Shown one piece after another: positions 24,890 to 38,887 of a DNA stretch of 64,000 nucleotides (position 1 is its first letter; each line of letters opens with the position of its first letter). The notes under the pieces were generated by a model, which was given only the letters and a program-made list of their open reading frames with translations, did no database searches and had not been told where the DNA came from. This stretch comes from Lingula anatina (Eukaryota; Animalia; Brachiopoda), in the NCBI GenBank assembly GCA_051362555.1, contig CM120642.1:25668001-25732000 (forward strand), in the 5' to 3' direction. Both the position numbers and the translations under genes were made by a program.

Positions 24890-25820
24890 AATAAATTTTT
24901 GATATATATGCAAAATGTGGTGCAGCAAGCACAGAGAAGTTCCCCTTTCTGCCGTCGCGGCGCCACCGTCTAGTGCTTAGCTCAACGTTACGATTGTAAA
25001 AATATGAAGGTTTGTGAGGCATAATGAACATTTTCACCGAACGAAACATCATATTTATCATGTACATTATTGGAGCTGACTTGAATCTTTCTAAAAACTG
25101 TTCTTGTTTACACAATAACTGTCTGGGGAATAGTATTTATTTTCAATTTTGACCTTATAAAGCGGGGAGGGGGCGGGTAGAGGGTGACATTCACGTGTAG
25201 CCTACAGTACTTGCCCGTTGAGCCTTCCCTTGACTGACATTGTAAATTGTAAAAGTTTCGATGGGGGGTAGTGGAAATTACATGAACTGTGTGAGACAAA
25301 AAAAAAAAAAAAAAAACCCTGCTGATTACTGTCAGCAGATAATTATTTTGATTGACGACTACTGTAAATCAAACAAAGCAAGCCAATTTCCACGTGTATA
25401 TGTATCTGACAAAGAGTAAGAATTCAAACACGTACACGTTCAGTGCACAAGCAACTTCCTGTTTAACATGTCTGAGAACAAGAAATATTTCTTGGTAGTA
25501 TTTGAACAGTTAAGTGGCTGATGGCACGATTAAATGCCCACAAACATAATCAAATCTGCTATCTCCCACCAACCACCTTGGCGCAGTTTTGAATCGTGTG
25601 CATCCCGGAGTCATTGCGAAGAAGGCAGAAAGTTTCCTGTGTAACTAACAGGTGTTGTGCACGGATGAGTTTAAGAAATAATTATAATCGTTTCCGGGTG
25701 TATGCATGCTCAGTGGTATTTATAGATAACTGTGCATATTTGGAATGCTCGCTGCACGCCTTCAACATAACCTGATAGAAACGACACATGTTTCTAAAAT
25801 GTCTCACCGATATTAAAACG
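24890..25820 (-). other. Unit C2: duplicate of C1
   Basis: High identity to 17340-18570, including the TATA box (~25718). Lacks the Tc1 insertion. Confidence 0.35.
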
Positions 25821-27148
25821 TGAAGATGCGACTCTAACAATGAAGTTAATATTACTTCCTCCAAGGAGGTGTGTTTTGCTCGTTTGTGATTATTAAAACA
25901 ACCTTACACATTTTGGGCAGATTTTCAATAATGCTTACAAATGAGCTAATTTATAAGGGATTTTATTTCGGTAATAGGTAATAATCAATCAATTGAGTAA
26001 TTTAATGAGAATTGAGCTGCCTTGGCTGAGATCTCAGTTTTTCCAGTTAAACCCAAATACGAGATATAAGAGCGTTTTATTTCTTAGAACAGATTCATGT
26101 AAGTGTGGCCTTGCCTCTTGAGTGCATATGTTTATGATAAGAGTCCAGGGTTATGGCGGATGCTTGACACTTATTAGTCACCCTAAGCAGTGTCGAGGTA
26201 CGCGTAATAAGCAATCGAAGCAAGCGGAGTGTGGCGTTTTACCAATACACTTAGGGTGTGTGGGAGAGATGCACTAATAATAATAATAATAATATTTGTA
26301 AGCTTCCTACGGCTGTTTCACAGAAAAAAACTCGTAAAACTGCACAGTAAGTATTGACTTTGAACAGAGGCAACTCTGAGTGTCAAAGGTCACAGAAAAG
26401 AACCTTCTAGCTACTGAACGACAGAAATTTGCTGATGATAAAGGATGACCCCTAGAGACACCTCTGTAAGTCAAGGAGACGGATGCCAAAGGGTCTGTGC
26501 GGTTCCTTGTTGCCACAACAGCTCTAGAGGTATGCAGGCAGGGGAGAAATGGTAACACATTTATACCGTTAAGTAGCCTTCAACACGTTCCCACTTCAGC
26601 ACCGTGATGATGTTAGGATCAATGAAATTATCTGTAGAAGAGTTCCTGCATGCATTAAGACGTTGTCACCTCGCCGAAAACGTCGCGTGACAAGACCAGC
26701 GTGGCTAGTTCACTGCAGTTATTGAACATTTGGCTTACCATGTAGGCCTATTGTATTGTCAAAGAATGAGAATGTTTGCATTGAAATTGGCATTTCAATT
26801 TAAAGTTCTCCTCACAATTCCTTCAGATAAACATAATGTTAAGTTTTATTAGATATTTGTACATTTAGTGAGTTAAATGCTTATAGTTTTTAAAAATACA
26901 TAAGCAATTTTACACACACGAACATAGATTTGAAACTACATTCTTTCCTTTCCTTATGTGCAGTTAGGCCCTACAGCCTATGCGTCTTTAAATCTTAAGA
27001 TGAACACAGAAATGACATTGAATCAATGTTGTCTCTAAACACTTCCATTCTGTTAATTGAAGTCAATGTTCGATATCTGATCAAATCAGGGATTCTTGAT
27101 CATATACATGTATAATTAGCCTACTTGTTATATAAAACTCATACAGTT

Positions 27149-27908
27149 TTAATGCACCATGCAAAGATCGCAATCTCTAATCCTGGCCTTTTCCTCGGGA
27201 CAACACTCGCAGGAGTAAACCTTCATTTCGGGCACGAGATATTCAAGGCTGATGATTTTTTCGAAGTCTTCTTTCCTGTTAAAAAAAAACATTTTTTTTT
27301 CGAATTTTGAATATTTACACATATTTAACCATTAAAATGTACATTATGACTACTATGAAAACGTTATTTTTTCTAGTTATGTTCGCTTTGAAAATTGGCC
27401 ATAACCCTGTGTTGTGTGCTCTGCGAACACCTCAAATAATATTTATTGGTTACCTGATCGGATGAAGATAGTCACCAGAGCAAGGCAGAGTATATCCTAA
27501 ATATATACCAAGGACAGTTCCAGCTGGACAACTACCGTGTAGAACGTTGATTTTATCTACATATTCATTGCCACCTGCTAGTTCATTTGAATTTTGAACT
27601 CCAGGCAGCGCCAAGTTATCTGAAATAAAAAAAACAATGAACCATCTTGTCTATATCTTGCTCCTTAATAACTGGGTAAGGTACTAGAGGTAATTATTAT
27701 ATATGTTAAAACTGTAAAACTATTGAAAATACGAGACAATTGAGGTAGCTTTTACTTTTTGCGTGATATCAGTATCATCGCTTTCTACGTATATCACCAT
27801 GACGGTAAGTACATGTATTAACTACTTACCAATAGGTGATCCAGCTTGTGATGGCAGCGCTGAACTGAGCAAGGTGCAGAGAAACAATCCACAGAATTGC
27901 ACTTTCAT
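27149..27908 (-). CDS. Secreted Cys-rich small protein, type A, copy A2 (3 exons, 123 aa)
   Basis: Exons 27908-27830, 27619-27454 and 27275-27149 give MKVQFCGLFLCTLLSSALPSQAGSPIDNLALPGVQNSNELAGGNEYVDKINVLHGSCPAGTVLGIYLGYTLPCSGDYLHPIRKEDFEKIISLEYLVPEMKVYSCECCPEEKARIRDCDLCMVH*. Indels relative to A1 are multiples of 3. Confidence 0.8.
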
Positions 27909-28518
27909 CACGGGCTGAGTAAAGTTCCCACTATAACTAACAACAAACAGTTGAGGTACATGGATGAGTTCTAGAAATAAGTGTAATAGCTCTCGTGTGT
28001 GTGAATGCTCAGTGGTATTTATAACATAAACGTTACGATGTTAAATCCTCGCTGCACGCCTCCAACATAACAGAACAGTAACGACTCACGTTTCCAAAAT
28101 GTCTCGCCGGTATAAGCACGTGATCTCGAGCGCAACGCGAATAATGAAATTATTGTTACGGATATTGTAATGGCCACTGAACCAAGCATTCTTATACAAG
28201 AGTTACTTGATACGTAGAACTTATTGAAAATTATGCTTATAAACATTTATTTAAATTCGTGTTACAGCACCTTTTTTTTAATTGCCATATTCACGGGTCA
28301 CCACTAACTCTCAGCTGGTGAATATCACGTGAACATGATTTAGTAAAATACTTGGACTTTGCATGTCGTCAGACTGTCATCTGCACTTAGTCTTTCGTTT
28401 GAACTTTCCTCCAACAAATTGCTATATTCGGTCTTTAAAAACACTTCATATGCTTCACACATTAAGTGTGTGTGGAGTAGACATCTGTCCGACCTTGTAA
28501 AATAAGACCCATGCAGTT

Positions 28519-28939
28519 TTATTGCTCCACGCAAAGACCGCAATTCCCAATCCTGGCGTTTTCCTCGGGACAGCACTCGCAGGAGTGAACCTTCATTTCA
28601 GGCACGAGTTGGGCAAGGTGTATGATTTGTTCGAAGTTCTCTACCCTGTTAAACAAAAAACATAATTTCTTTAGAATTTTGGCTTTTTACATCGAAAGAA
28701 CGTACATTGTATTTTGCCATTATAATGTACATTTTTATTTCATGTACTAAGAAAACATATTTTTCTAGTTATATTCACTTTGAAAATAGGTCATGCCGAA
28801 TATAATGCTATCTGTTGGTTACCTGATCGGATGAAGATAGTCACCAGAAGATGGCAGAGTATATCCCAAATGTAATTCTGGAACAAAATGCAGATTTTGT
28901 TCAACTAATGTGTGTGCACGAGCGCGCGCGCGCGCGCGC

Positions 28940-28987
<48 letters not shown>

Positions 28988-30523
28988 GAGAGAGGAATTG
29001 AACTTAAGTGGTAGAATCAGATATATCTACTGGGTAATGATAATTCTGGCACATTACCGCAACCAATTTGTATGTTTTCAATTCTGACGCCTTTCGTTAT
29101 CGAGTCCCATAGAGCTGATCTCTCTGAAATTAAAAGTTGGAAGAATTGTTAATTCAACATAATTATAGTTATAATATTGTTCCACAGCGAGGAGTTCATC
29201 TACTAGTTTTTTTCTTCTAAGCACCCAGCCAGTTAGACAGAGGCACTTTTTACGCTGTATCCAAATGCTCGGGGAAATTGCCTACTTAATCGCCTTGAGG
29301 GGGTTTGACCTACCCAGACTGAAGAACGTTCAGAATGTTGATCATTCTGGAATTTCGTCTCTTTTACACACAGCGCAAAATAATATCTGAATAGAGTAGC
29401 TAAAAACCTTAATATTTGTCTTTATTCGCCCCAAATGTGCCCATGAAATATAATATAGGTGCTGAGCTTACTTTGGCGCCGATTTGGTGAGCCCTTTGAT
29501 GCGCGGTCAGTTTACCGGATTTATTTTGATTGCTCCAAACAGTTGGAATCGAACCCAAGAAAGTGACTCCCCGCTCCCCCTCCGTAACATTATTACATGT
29601 TAGGATCGTCACCAATACATGTTCATATACACACGCTGTTAAAAGAGCCAGAAGCACGGATAACTAAGCAGAACCACACGGTACACGCAGGGAATAAAGA
29701 ACATGGTACTACAATTACATTTTCTTTTGAAGAGGTATAATTCTAGTGAATTATACATTAAAACACTCGTCATTTTCTAACTACAGCGCTTTCATAATGC
29801 AGTTGTCATTCTGTCCCGAAACTGGTAAGAGACGGACACGACACGACCAGAAGCTGGCCTGGGCTCCGTATCTCGAAAGGTTCGCTATGTTGCGCACGCG
29901 TGTTAGTGTCTCGATTCCATAACCGATTCTATTTCGAGATACGGGGCCATGAAATCGAGACACTTGCGTACGTGCGCAACATAGCGAACCTTTCGAGATA
30001 CGGAGCCCAGGTCGACTGTCTTAAAAAAGGAAGTCAGAGCGACTGCACGAGTATTTCGCAATGCCGTTGTGTAGCCGAAGAAGTTGTATGTACATGCGCG
30101 GCTTGCGTGTTATCGTGGGATCTTGTATACGCATCGTACATGCTTCAGATATTGGCCGGCTAGTGTTCAGGCCATCTTTGAGCAAAATGTTTAAAAACCC
30201 ATATTCGTATGGTCATCTAGATCTGAATTGCTGTCAATTTTTGGAATAGCGTGATTCCACCCTGAACCAATTTACTTGTTTTGATCAGATTTGACAAACC
30301 TTAGACCTGAGTTTTCCCACTCAAATTTACCAAAAACTATGCCTGATCACACATTTGCTTTGATTCTACCGTGTAGGTTCATGAAATACGACAGTTACAT
30401 GGCATGAATCTGTTATTATGGACGAAGAAGTTTTCAATACTTACCATAACTCTGTCCTGTTTTTGGTAAAAATGCTACAAACAACAAACAGATTAAAATA
30501 ACTTCACAAAATCGAACCGCCAT
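28519..30523 (-). CDS. Secreted Cys-rich small protein, type B, copy B2 (4 exons, 108 aa)
   Basis: Exons 30523-30445, 29123-29058, 28877-28823 and 28645-28519 give MAVRFCEVILICLLFVAFLPKTGQSYERSALWDSITKGVRIENIQIGCELHLGYTLPSSGDYLHPIRVENFEQIIHLAQLVPEMKVHSCECCPEENARIGNCGLCVEQ*. Confidence 0.8.
29859..30010. mobile_element. Palindromic Harbinger-like MITE in B2 intron 1
   Basis: TIR CTGGGCTCCGTATCTCGAAAGGTTCGCTATGTTGCGCACG. Empty site AAGCTGGTCGACTG in the paralogous intron at ~40271. Confidence 0.85.
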
Positions 30524-31114
30524 CGTGCACCAGCTGCTTGCTTGTGAAAGTCGTTTAACTTGCGTTAAATGATTTCAGATGGGGTTAAGAATTATTAAAG
30601 GCACAGTGGGTGAATTTTTGGTGGGGGATACTTCATGAAACGGATCGCCGTCGATAATATACATCATACTTTCTCGTCAAGTCTAATGTTAAGTTCACGT
30701 TCTTGATTTGATGATATCGCCATAACTAGACACAACTGCGTATCGTTTATTTTTTTTTTAATATTCTAATACAAGTGCAGCAAATCGGCACTGATTAGAA
30801 ATCGCGCGCCCCTGAGTGTCAGAGGTTGCTGATAACTGACCTTCTACTCACTGAAACCGCAAAAACATGCTGATGATAAAGTAGTAGAGTCCCCAGGGAC
30901 CTCTGTAAGTCAAGGAGATGTATGCCAAAGGGTGTATGCGTTTACTAGTTACCAGAACCGCGTTCAACTCTAAAGGTATGCAGGCCGGAGTAATATTAAC
31001 ATATTAATATCGTTTCAGTAGCCCAAAACACGTACCCACTTCAGCACTGCGATAATGTCAGTATCAATGAATCATCTGTAGAGTTCCTGCATGGACTGGT
31101 TAGGTTGTCATCTT

Positions 31115-31638
31115 AGGCCCCTATTTCACACAGACCACGAATCCGACGAATCGCCAAGAATTGACAAATTTTCAGGATTCGTGAGGATTCGTGAGATTTT
31201 GCCAATTGTCTGGTCTACAATTCCACACGCTCACGATTCAGTTACGATCCATGTACGATAGTGTTACGAATATTCGTGGGATTCGGCTGGAATCTTGAGA
31301 TTTTGCTAATTTTCTGGTCTAATTCGACACGCTCTACGATTCAGTTACGATACAGGTGCGATAGTGTTACGAATATTCGTGGGATTCGGTTGGAATCGCA
31401 CGAATATTGTCCAGAAATTCACTACGATTTTTTGGAATCGGGAGTTCGTGGCCAAAACTTTGAACAGCTCAAAATTTTTGCCACGAATCCCCGATTGATC
31501 AAGAAGTGCAAGAACTGACTACGAATATATACGAATCTGTTAAGGACTTCAGGATCTGATTACGATTCAACCACGAATCGTGAAATTTGTCAATTCATGG
31601 CCATTCGTGGGATTCGTGGTCTGTGTGAAATAGGGGCA
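31115..31638. mobile_element. PIF/Harbinger-like MITE (same family as 6773-7441)
   Basis: TIR GCCCCTATTTCACACAGACCACGAATC with TTA-like flanks; internal sequence nearly identical to the 6.8 kb copy. Confidence 0.85.
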
Positions 31639-32480
31639 TTACACAAAGCGTCGGGTGAGAATATCGGTAGCAAGACCAATGTAGTCTGGTAGTGTACAAC
31701 AGGTGTTATTGAAATATTTGGCTTAACATGCATTGTATTGCCAAAGAACGAGTATGTTGCCTTGATAATTAGACTTTCAATATCAATATTGTGAATGTTC
31801 ATTTTTAAAAGGACGAGTGCAAACTTCACACACACACAGAGAGAGAGAGAGAGATTTCAGTAACAACTACGACACATTAAAACATATTCTTTGCTTTCTT
31901 TATGTAGCCACAATTTATGGCTTTGTTTATTTTTACCAGAGATGGCACTGACTCAATGTAACCTCAAAAGAATACTTTCATTTTGTGAACTGAAGTCAAT
32001 AATTGATTGTCGATCATATCAAGAATTCTTAATCACGCAGATGTGTAATAAGCCTACTTTAAGGCACTGTCCTGATTTTTCTCTTCTGAAATTGTGCATT
32101 CTTACAATAATTAATTCATATACGGGATTTTTTAAAATCATGCTTGTTACATCTATTTTAAATCGAGTTACAGCATATATAGTTTTTTTCTTTTGCTAAT
32201 AGCCATGTCCATGCTAACTTTCACCTGCAGAAAACATGTCTTCGGATCTCCTGTAACATCCAGTGCCGAATGTCATGTGAACATGATTTAGTTAAATATT
32301 TAGTTAAATATGACTTTGAATTTCATCTGTGTTAACTATTTCATTTCCTCCAACTAAATGCTGCATTCCTTTAAAAAAGAAAACACTTTATAGATGTATA
32401 TGTATTGGTAACGTTTATAAAAGTATTTTAAAACATTTGTAAATATTTCTCCGACCTTGTTAAATAAGACCCATGCAGTT

Positions 32481-32905
32481 TTATTGCTCCACGCAAAGAC
32501 CGCAATCCCTTATTCTGGCCTTTCCCTCGGGACAGCACTCGCAGGAGTAAATTTTCACTTTAGGCACGATTTGGGCAAATTTGATGATCTTTTCGAAGTC
32601 ATCTCCCCTGTTAAAAAAAACATCTATTTAAATTTTGACTTTTTACATTAAAAGTAAGCACATTTATTTTACCATTAAAGGTACATTTTGAATGCTTTGA
32701 AAACATTTTTCTAGTTATATTTACTTTGAAAGTTGGCCATAACCCTTTGTTCTGTGCTTTACGATACTGATCTTTAACTTTATCCATTGGTTACCTGATC
32801 GGATGAAGATAGTCACCAGAGGATGGCAAAGTATATCCCAAACATAATTCTGGAACATAATGCAGATTATGAGTCATTTCGAATTCGCGCCCGTGCGTGT
32901 GGTTG

Positions 32906-32954
<49 letters not shown>

Positions 32955-35467
32955 TAGAGTAAGAGAGAGAGAGAGAGGCGAGAGAGAGATAAAGAGAGAG
33001 ATAGAGTGTGAGAGAGAGGAAGAGAGAGAGAGAGATTTTATATCACATAGTGGATAGTAGTAGAGTCAGGTACTACTAACAACAAGTTTGGCACATTACC
33101 GCAACCAAATTCGCCTACGTGTAAGTTTTGAATTTTGAAGTCAGGCCTGCTCAGCGCTATCTCTGAAACTAAAAGATATAAGAATTCTTAAATTATCATA
33201 ATATCATAATAGTAATAATAATCTTATTCCACATGCCAGGTGTCTGTCTACCAGTTAGATGGGTAAGGGTAGTTTCGCATCTTGCGTTGAACTACCAGTA
33301 TTGAAATACTTAGGGAGATTGAAGACTCAATAACCACATAACCACAAAAAGAAGGGGGTCAAAAGAGGTACGATGAGTACCAGGCCTTCCCAACTACCAG
33401 ACTCGGCACCTACGGGTCCAGTATAAACCGGTTTATCTGACCACACTACCCGTTTTCAAGGTGTGTGTCAGATCGCATAAAAGAGTATCATACCCTATCA
33501 CAAATTCTGTAAGCCTACCTGTCATCCGGGTATCACGCCTCGTTTTCGTCAAGTAGGAGTCGTATGAATAGAACAGACGACTCCCTCAATCAGGGGGTGG
33601 AAACGCGCTACTTATATGATTAAGACGAGCCTAGCCGTCAGTACCGGTTATTGTTTTGTGACCTTGAGGAGCAATTAGGTTTGGTCGTTGCGGCACGCAT
33701 GAACAGTAGTTGAACTACCACACCTGGGTCTTTTGTTTTTGACAACTGTTCACTCGTCATCGAGGCGCTTGTTCAAGACTACAGGCTGATATCTACTAGT
33801 ACTACCAGTGGCTTCATTAGTAACGTTCCCACAATACTTAAGTTTTCTGTCCGTGCATACAAACCCTGAAAAAGGACAGCCTCGCTGACGAGAACAATAG
33901 ACGTTTCTCACCCCTCTCTAGGATTACCCCTGCCCTCAATCTCGTCCATCCCGGTAGTCATGAAAATAATTTAACCCCCGACAGAATATGCTTCTGCTAT
34001 CAAAATTAAGTCTACTTTTCTAAATTAATATATAAGTTTGCAAGTTCTTTTTTACAAAACATCATTGGCTATGTCCGAACCTAAATTTTATGTTAAAAAT
34101 TGCGGTACTGTCAGATTTTAGCATAAACAGAGAAAATTGCAGCAGCGCATGAATCTAGATGAGATGCACTACTTTCCAACCCCGATTAGGATCATTGCTA
34201 TCACATCGCGCACCAGGCAAAATCGGTGTGGTGGCTGATACTCTGTAATGCGATCTGACACACACCTTGAAAACGGGTAGTGTGGTCAGATAAACCGGTT
34301 TATACTGGACCCGTAGGTGCCGAGTCTGGTAGTTGGGAAGGCCTGAGTACATGTACGTTGATAATTCTGGAATTTTGCCTGTTTGCCTGTTCACAGTACA
34401 CGTGAAATAAAATGTAAACAGAATTACTGGAAAATTGGCCTTACTTCGTTCCAAATGTGCCCATGAAATTTAACACAGGTGCTGAGTTTACTATTCCCCT
34501 AGTTTGTTGAGCCTGTCATGGTGGTAATTTAAAAAATTACAAACTTCCACATTTAAATCAAAATTATGTCAATGTTTGGTAAAGATTGTTCAGATGCCTC
34601 AGTTATAATGATATTACATGAATCTGTTTGAAGTCTGCTTTTAAGTTTTAAAATGATTGAATAACTTCATTTATGGCTTCATCTCCTAGTTTAAGTTTAA
34701 ATCAGTCTCAGTTTAATTGTGTAAAATGCCTCTAGTAATATGTCTTAATTATATTAATTGGCTTCAATATCTCTTCACTTTCTTTTGAATCACTGTAATG
34801 TATTTTGTGTTTCTCCCTGTGTATCGAGAAGAACTTTGCTTTGACATCAGGGATCAGAGATTATTAGAGATCGGAGTAAGTTCGGTAAGGACACTCCAGA
34901 TCTCTCAGCCAGATAAATAAATATAGAGATCAATCAGTTTGTAGTTGATCTCTGGCAAACATCATCGCTGTTGTGTTATCAGCTGGAGAAGTAACCAAGT
35001 CCTAGTGTCCCCTGTGATAAGCCCGTCAATCCACGAGCAGTTTACCGGATTAATTTTGATTGCTCCAAACAGTTGGAATCGAACACAAGAAAGTAAATAC
35101 CCCCCCCTCCCGTTACAAATACATGTACATGTACAGGGTACACACGCTGTTAAAAAAACCAAAACCACGGACAACTTGCAGACTGACGCTGTGCACGCAG
35201 AGAATAAAGAACTTACAATGTTAAGATATGACATATTCTCCACTCTTATTTACTAAAACCAATTCTCAATTACACTGTACCGGTATTTGATGACATTTGA
35301 TTTAATTCTATCATGTACGTCACGAAATACCGGCAGTTACATTAATCTGTTTTAACGGACAAAAAGGCATTAAATACCGGGTACCTACCGTTAGTTTTTC
35401 CAGTTTGTGGTGAATATGCTACAAAAACCAAGCCGATTAAAATAACATCGCAGAATCGAACCGCCAT
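32481..35467 (-). CDS. Secreted Cys-rich small protein, type B, copy B3 (4 exons, 107 aa)
   Basis: Exons 35467-35389, 33162-33100, 32849-32795 and 32607-32481 give MAVRFCDVILIGLVFVAYSPQTGKTNEIALSRPDFKIQNLHVGEFGCELCLGYTLPSSGDYLHPIRGDDFEKIIKFAQIVPKVKIYSCECCPEGKARIRDCGLCVEQ*. Confidence 0.8.
32910..33036. repeat. (GA)n microsatellite in type-B intron 2
   Basis: Seen directly. Homologous GA tracts of different length at ~22556, ~28950, ~39330 and ~40490. Other simple repeats at 6701 (GATA), 19576 (CA/GA), 44140 (GT), 45522 (T), 48847 (AAT), 56958 (GA) and 58030 (CA). Confidence 0.9.
33381..34345. mobile_element. Young non-autonomous DNA transposon (CAGG ends, 5-bp TSD) in B3 intron 1
   Basis: Essentially perfect ~95-bp TIR CAGGCCTTCCCAACTACCAGACTCGGCACCTACGGG... 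with AGTAC on both flanks. The site is empty in the B1 and B5 introns. Confidence 0.85.
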
Positions 35468-35859
35468 CGTGAACCAACTGTTTGCGTGAGAAAGCCGCTT
35501 CACTTGCATTAAATGTATTCAGTGGGGTAAAGAACTATTAAATTCGTAGTGGCTGAATTATTGGTGGGGGATACGTCCTTGATGCTCACACTCCGGCTGA
35601 CGTCACTTGCCTTAGCAACCGGCAAGTTGGGGTAACGCCATTGAAAAAAAACATGGCGGTTTACATTGACTCGTGCGTTAAAGTTGACTTTTTAAGATTA
35701 TATCAATCTTCACAGGGCATGATCACATCTGTCAGGATGGGTGTGCCATTACCAGGACGATTTCTTTACAGGTTTTTTGTTATTAGACGGGGTTGCTACA
35801 GGGTTGCGTTGGTCCCCTTATTAGCTTATTCTCTTCTAAAAAGAGGCAAGCATGGAACC

Positions 35860-36790
35860 GGAGTTTACAGAATTAAAAGTGTATTCTTTTAAGGTATCAG
35901 TTAGTCAATGTCATTTCTGTGTTGCATCATAATGGTAAAAATAAACATAGCCATTAGGTGTGAATACACGAGGCAAGCAACGTTTTGTTTCACGGCGTAA
36001 TACGTGTTGCAGAAACCTCTCTCTCTCTCTCTGTGAGTGTAGATTGTGTGTCTTTGTCTTTTTAGAAACTATGAACAATCAAAATATTGAGTGTACAAAA
36101 TTTATTTTTTCTAACAAAATCTGACATAATGTTTATCAGAAGAATTGTGAGGATACCGCAACATTGAAATTCCAATTCCAAGAGTAACATTCTCATTATT
36201 TGGCAAAACAATACATGTTAAGCCAAAAATTTCAATAACACTTGCAGTACACTTTCATGGCAACTTAACCAGACCATGCAATTTTTACATATAATTCATT
36301 GATACTGACATTATCACAGTGCTGAAGTGGGTGCGTGTAGTTGGCTACTTAAACGGTGTATACACTGTATATGCTAGCATTATATTCCTGGCTGCATACC
36401 TCAATAGCTCAACTCGGTTTTGGCAACTAGCAAACGTACAGACCCCGCCATCCATCTCTATGACTTATAGAGGTATCTAGAGGCTTTCCTTTATCATCAA
36501 CATGTTTCTGTCGTTCAGTAGCTAGAATGTTGTTTTCAGTGACCTTTGACACTGATTACTGATTAAGTGCATTTGTACAAGAATTTTTCTTCTGTAAAAA
36601 CGCTGTGGGAAACTTACAACTATCATTAGTGCATCCCTTCAGGCCACACCCCACCTGCTCTGATTACTTATTACACGCACCTCGTCACCTCGGGTGACGA
36701 ATAAGTGTCAGTCATCCACCATAAGCCTTGACTCTTGTCATAATAATATACTTTATGTACTATATGTAATTTGTTTGAACCTGGAAGCAT
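35860..36790 (-). repeat. Inverted copy of the cluster spacer (reverse complement of ~18580-19800, without the 18890 MITE)
   Basis: For example GCTAGCATTATATTCCTGGCTGCATACCTCAATAGC at ~36374 is the reverse complement of ~19168-19203. The match is collinear over ~900 bp. Confidence 0.85.
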
Positions 36791-36855
36791 ATGCAAGACT
36801 GGTTATACTTAACGTGTTACGTTACATACCGATATATATATAGAGAGAGAGCGAG

Positions 36856-37119
36856 AGGGGCGGATCCAGAATTATTTAAAGGGAGGAGGGGGGGTCCGCA
36901 GATGCAAAGTCGCCCCCCCACCCCCACCCCCAGCACCACCACCACCACCACCTGGCGTTGGGTTCGGGGCCCGCTGAAGGGTCCTGAAATTTTCTGGTAT
37001 TTTAGAGGGCGAACGGTGCTATTTGGTATGATTCAGCTAGTCAAAATTCTAATTTCAAGAGGGGACCAGAAATCGAAGGGTGGGGTCCGGACCCTCCAGA
37101 CCCCCCCCCCCCACTCCTG
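36856..37119. mobile_element. hAT-like MITE (CAGGGGCGG family), degenerate
   Basis: AGGGGCGGATCCAGAATTATTTAAAGGG and TTAGAGGGCGAACGGTGC match the 6405-6657 element. Confidence 0.55.
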
Positions 37120-37164
37120 TATCATCGCTTTCTATGTTAACATGACCGTTAGCATTTAATTTGC

Positions 37165-37243
37165 CAATAAGTGGCCCAGCTTGTGATGACAGCTCTGAAC
37201 TGAGCAATGTGCAGAGAAACAATCCAGAGAATTGGTCTGTCAT
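37165..37243 (-). pseudogene. Orphan type-A signal-peptide exon (A3); downstream exons missing
   Basis: MTDQFSGLFLCTLLSSELSSQAGPLI with an intact upstream TATA (~37325-37332). The donor has changed to GC. Followed by a MITE and the inversion instead of exons 2-3. Confidence 0.7.
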
Positions 37244-38887
37244 CACGGGTTGGGCGAGGTGCACGAATGAGTTCAAGAAATAATTATAATCGTTCTCGGA
37301 TGTAAGCATGCTCAGTATTATATGTATTTATACATAAACGCGACGATGTAAAACCCTTGCTGCACGCCCTCAACATAACCGAACAGTAACGACTCACGTT
37401 TCCAAAATGTCTCACCGGTATGATATCTACACGTGAGAGCGCAACTCGTCGAATTATCGTTATCTCCTCCGATGCGTTTTTTTGCTCCTTAATAGGTGTT
37501 AAAACAGCCTGCAATAACTAAACAAATGGATTTCCAATTTTTCTAAGAGGATTTGATTAGGTTGCTACCAATTAACTTACATGTATTAATAAATTTATTA
37601 TGATTATAGAGCTGTCTTGGCGGAGATCTAAGCTCTATGAGTAGACCCAAAGCATTAAAACGTTTATTTCTTTGAATAGATACATGTAACTGTAGCTTCA
37701 GTCCATTGTCATTTTTTTGTCATGAAATCGTCTCTCGTGCGTTACACGTCAAAAAAGGGGAATTTTTCAGTAGGTCCCCGGCCCGAATCTGAATAGGCAA
37801 ACGAAACTACACGCTAGCTGTGGTTTCGCTCTCGTTCGTTTCTGAAGGAAACGAAACAGAATTGGATCATACAGTAACATCTGCGATTACACGCTCAGAT
37901 GACAGGATTTCATTACACATTGTTGTTCTATGAAAAGCAGAGTGTATTTCAAATATTTAAATCCTGAAATCGAACGATTTGCATTGTTCACGTGTATGGG
38001 AGATCATACTTTGTGCTGAGGGTGAAAACGGAAACGTTTTCTTCACCCATCACAATTTGCGATGAAGAACAATTTTTGTATGCCGTAAATGATCCCTGAG
38101 ATGACCAAAATATGCTAACAATACTATTCTGTGGGTTTTCTTTTCCATAATGTGCAGCTGCAAAACAGACTGGTATGATATTTAAGCGCTGGTTGGGTGT
38201 CATTTACGTATAGGATAGGAATTTAAAAGTTCAAAATACACAGCAATGTTTGGAAACAAAACCATTTGTTATAATAAGACAAATCCATCCCCTTTCACAA
38301 AATAGCACCCCTATTGTAATTAAACACATAGGAGTCTTTTGATTGACTTTCAAAGACGAAAAGTCATTGCTGTTACGCAGTAGACGTACAAATATAGATT
38401 TCTGCATCAAGTGAAATTGTTCTTTGCTTTCTTTACGAAGCTACAGCTTATGCTTAATTTTTATCATTTACACAGATATGACATTGACTCAACGTTACCT
38501 CAAAAACACTTCCATTCTGAAGTCAATAATTGTTTGTGGATCATATCAAGATTATTAATCATATACATGTATGATTAGCCTGTTAGGGACAAATATTTTG
38601 TCACTGCCCTGGACGTTTTAAAATCATGCTTAAAACATTTATTTAAATGCATGTTACAGCACCATTATTTTTTTTCGTTTTTTAGATTGCCATATTCACT
38701 GGCCACCACACTCTCAGCTGTTGAAAATAATGTGAACATGATCTAGAAAAATATTTGGACTTTGTCGTCAAAATTTCATACATGCTAACTATTTCGTTTC
38801 CTCCAACAAATTGCTGCATTCGGTCTTATATGCTTTATACATAAAGCGTGTGTGGGGTAGACATTGTTAAATAAGACCCATGCAGTT

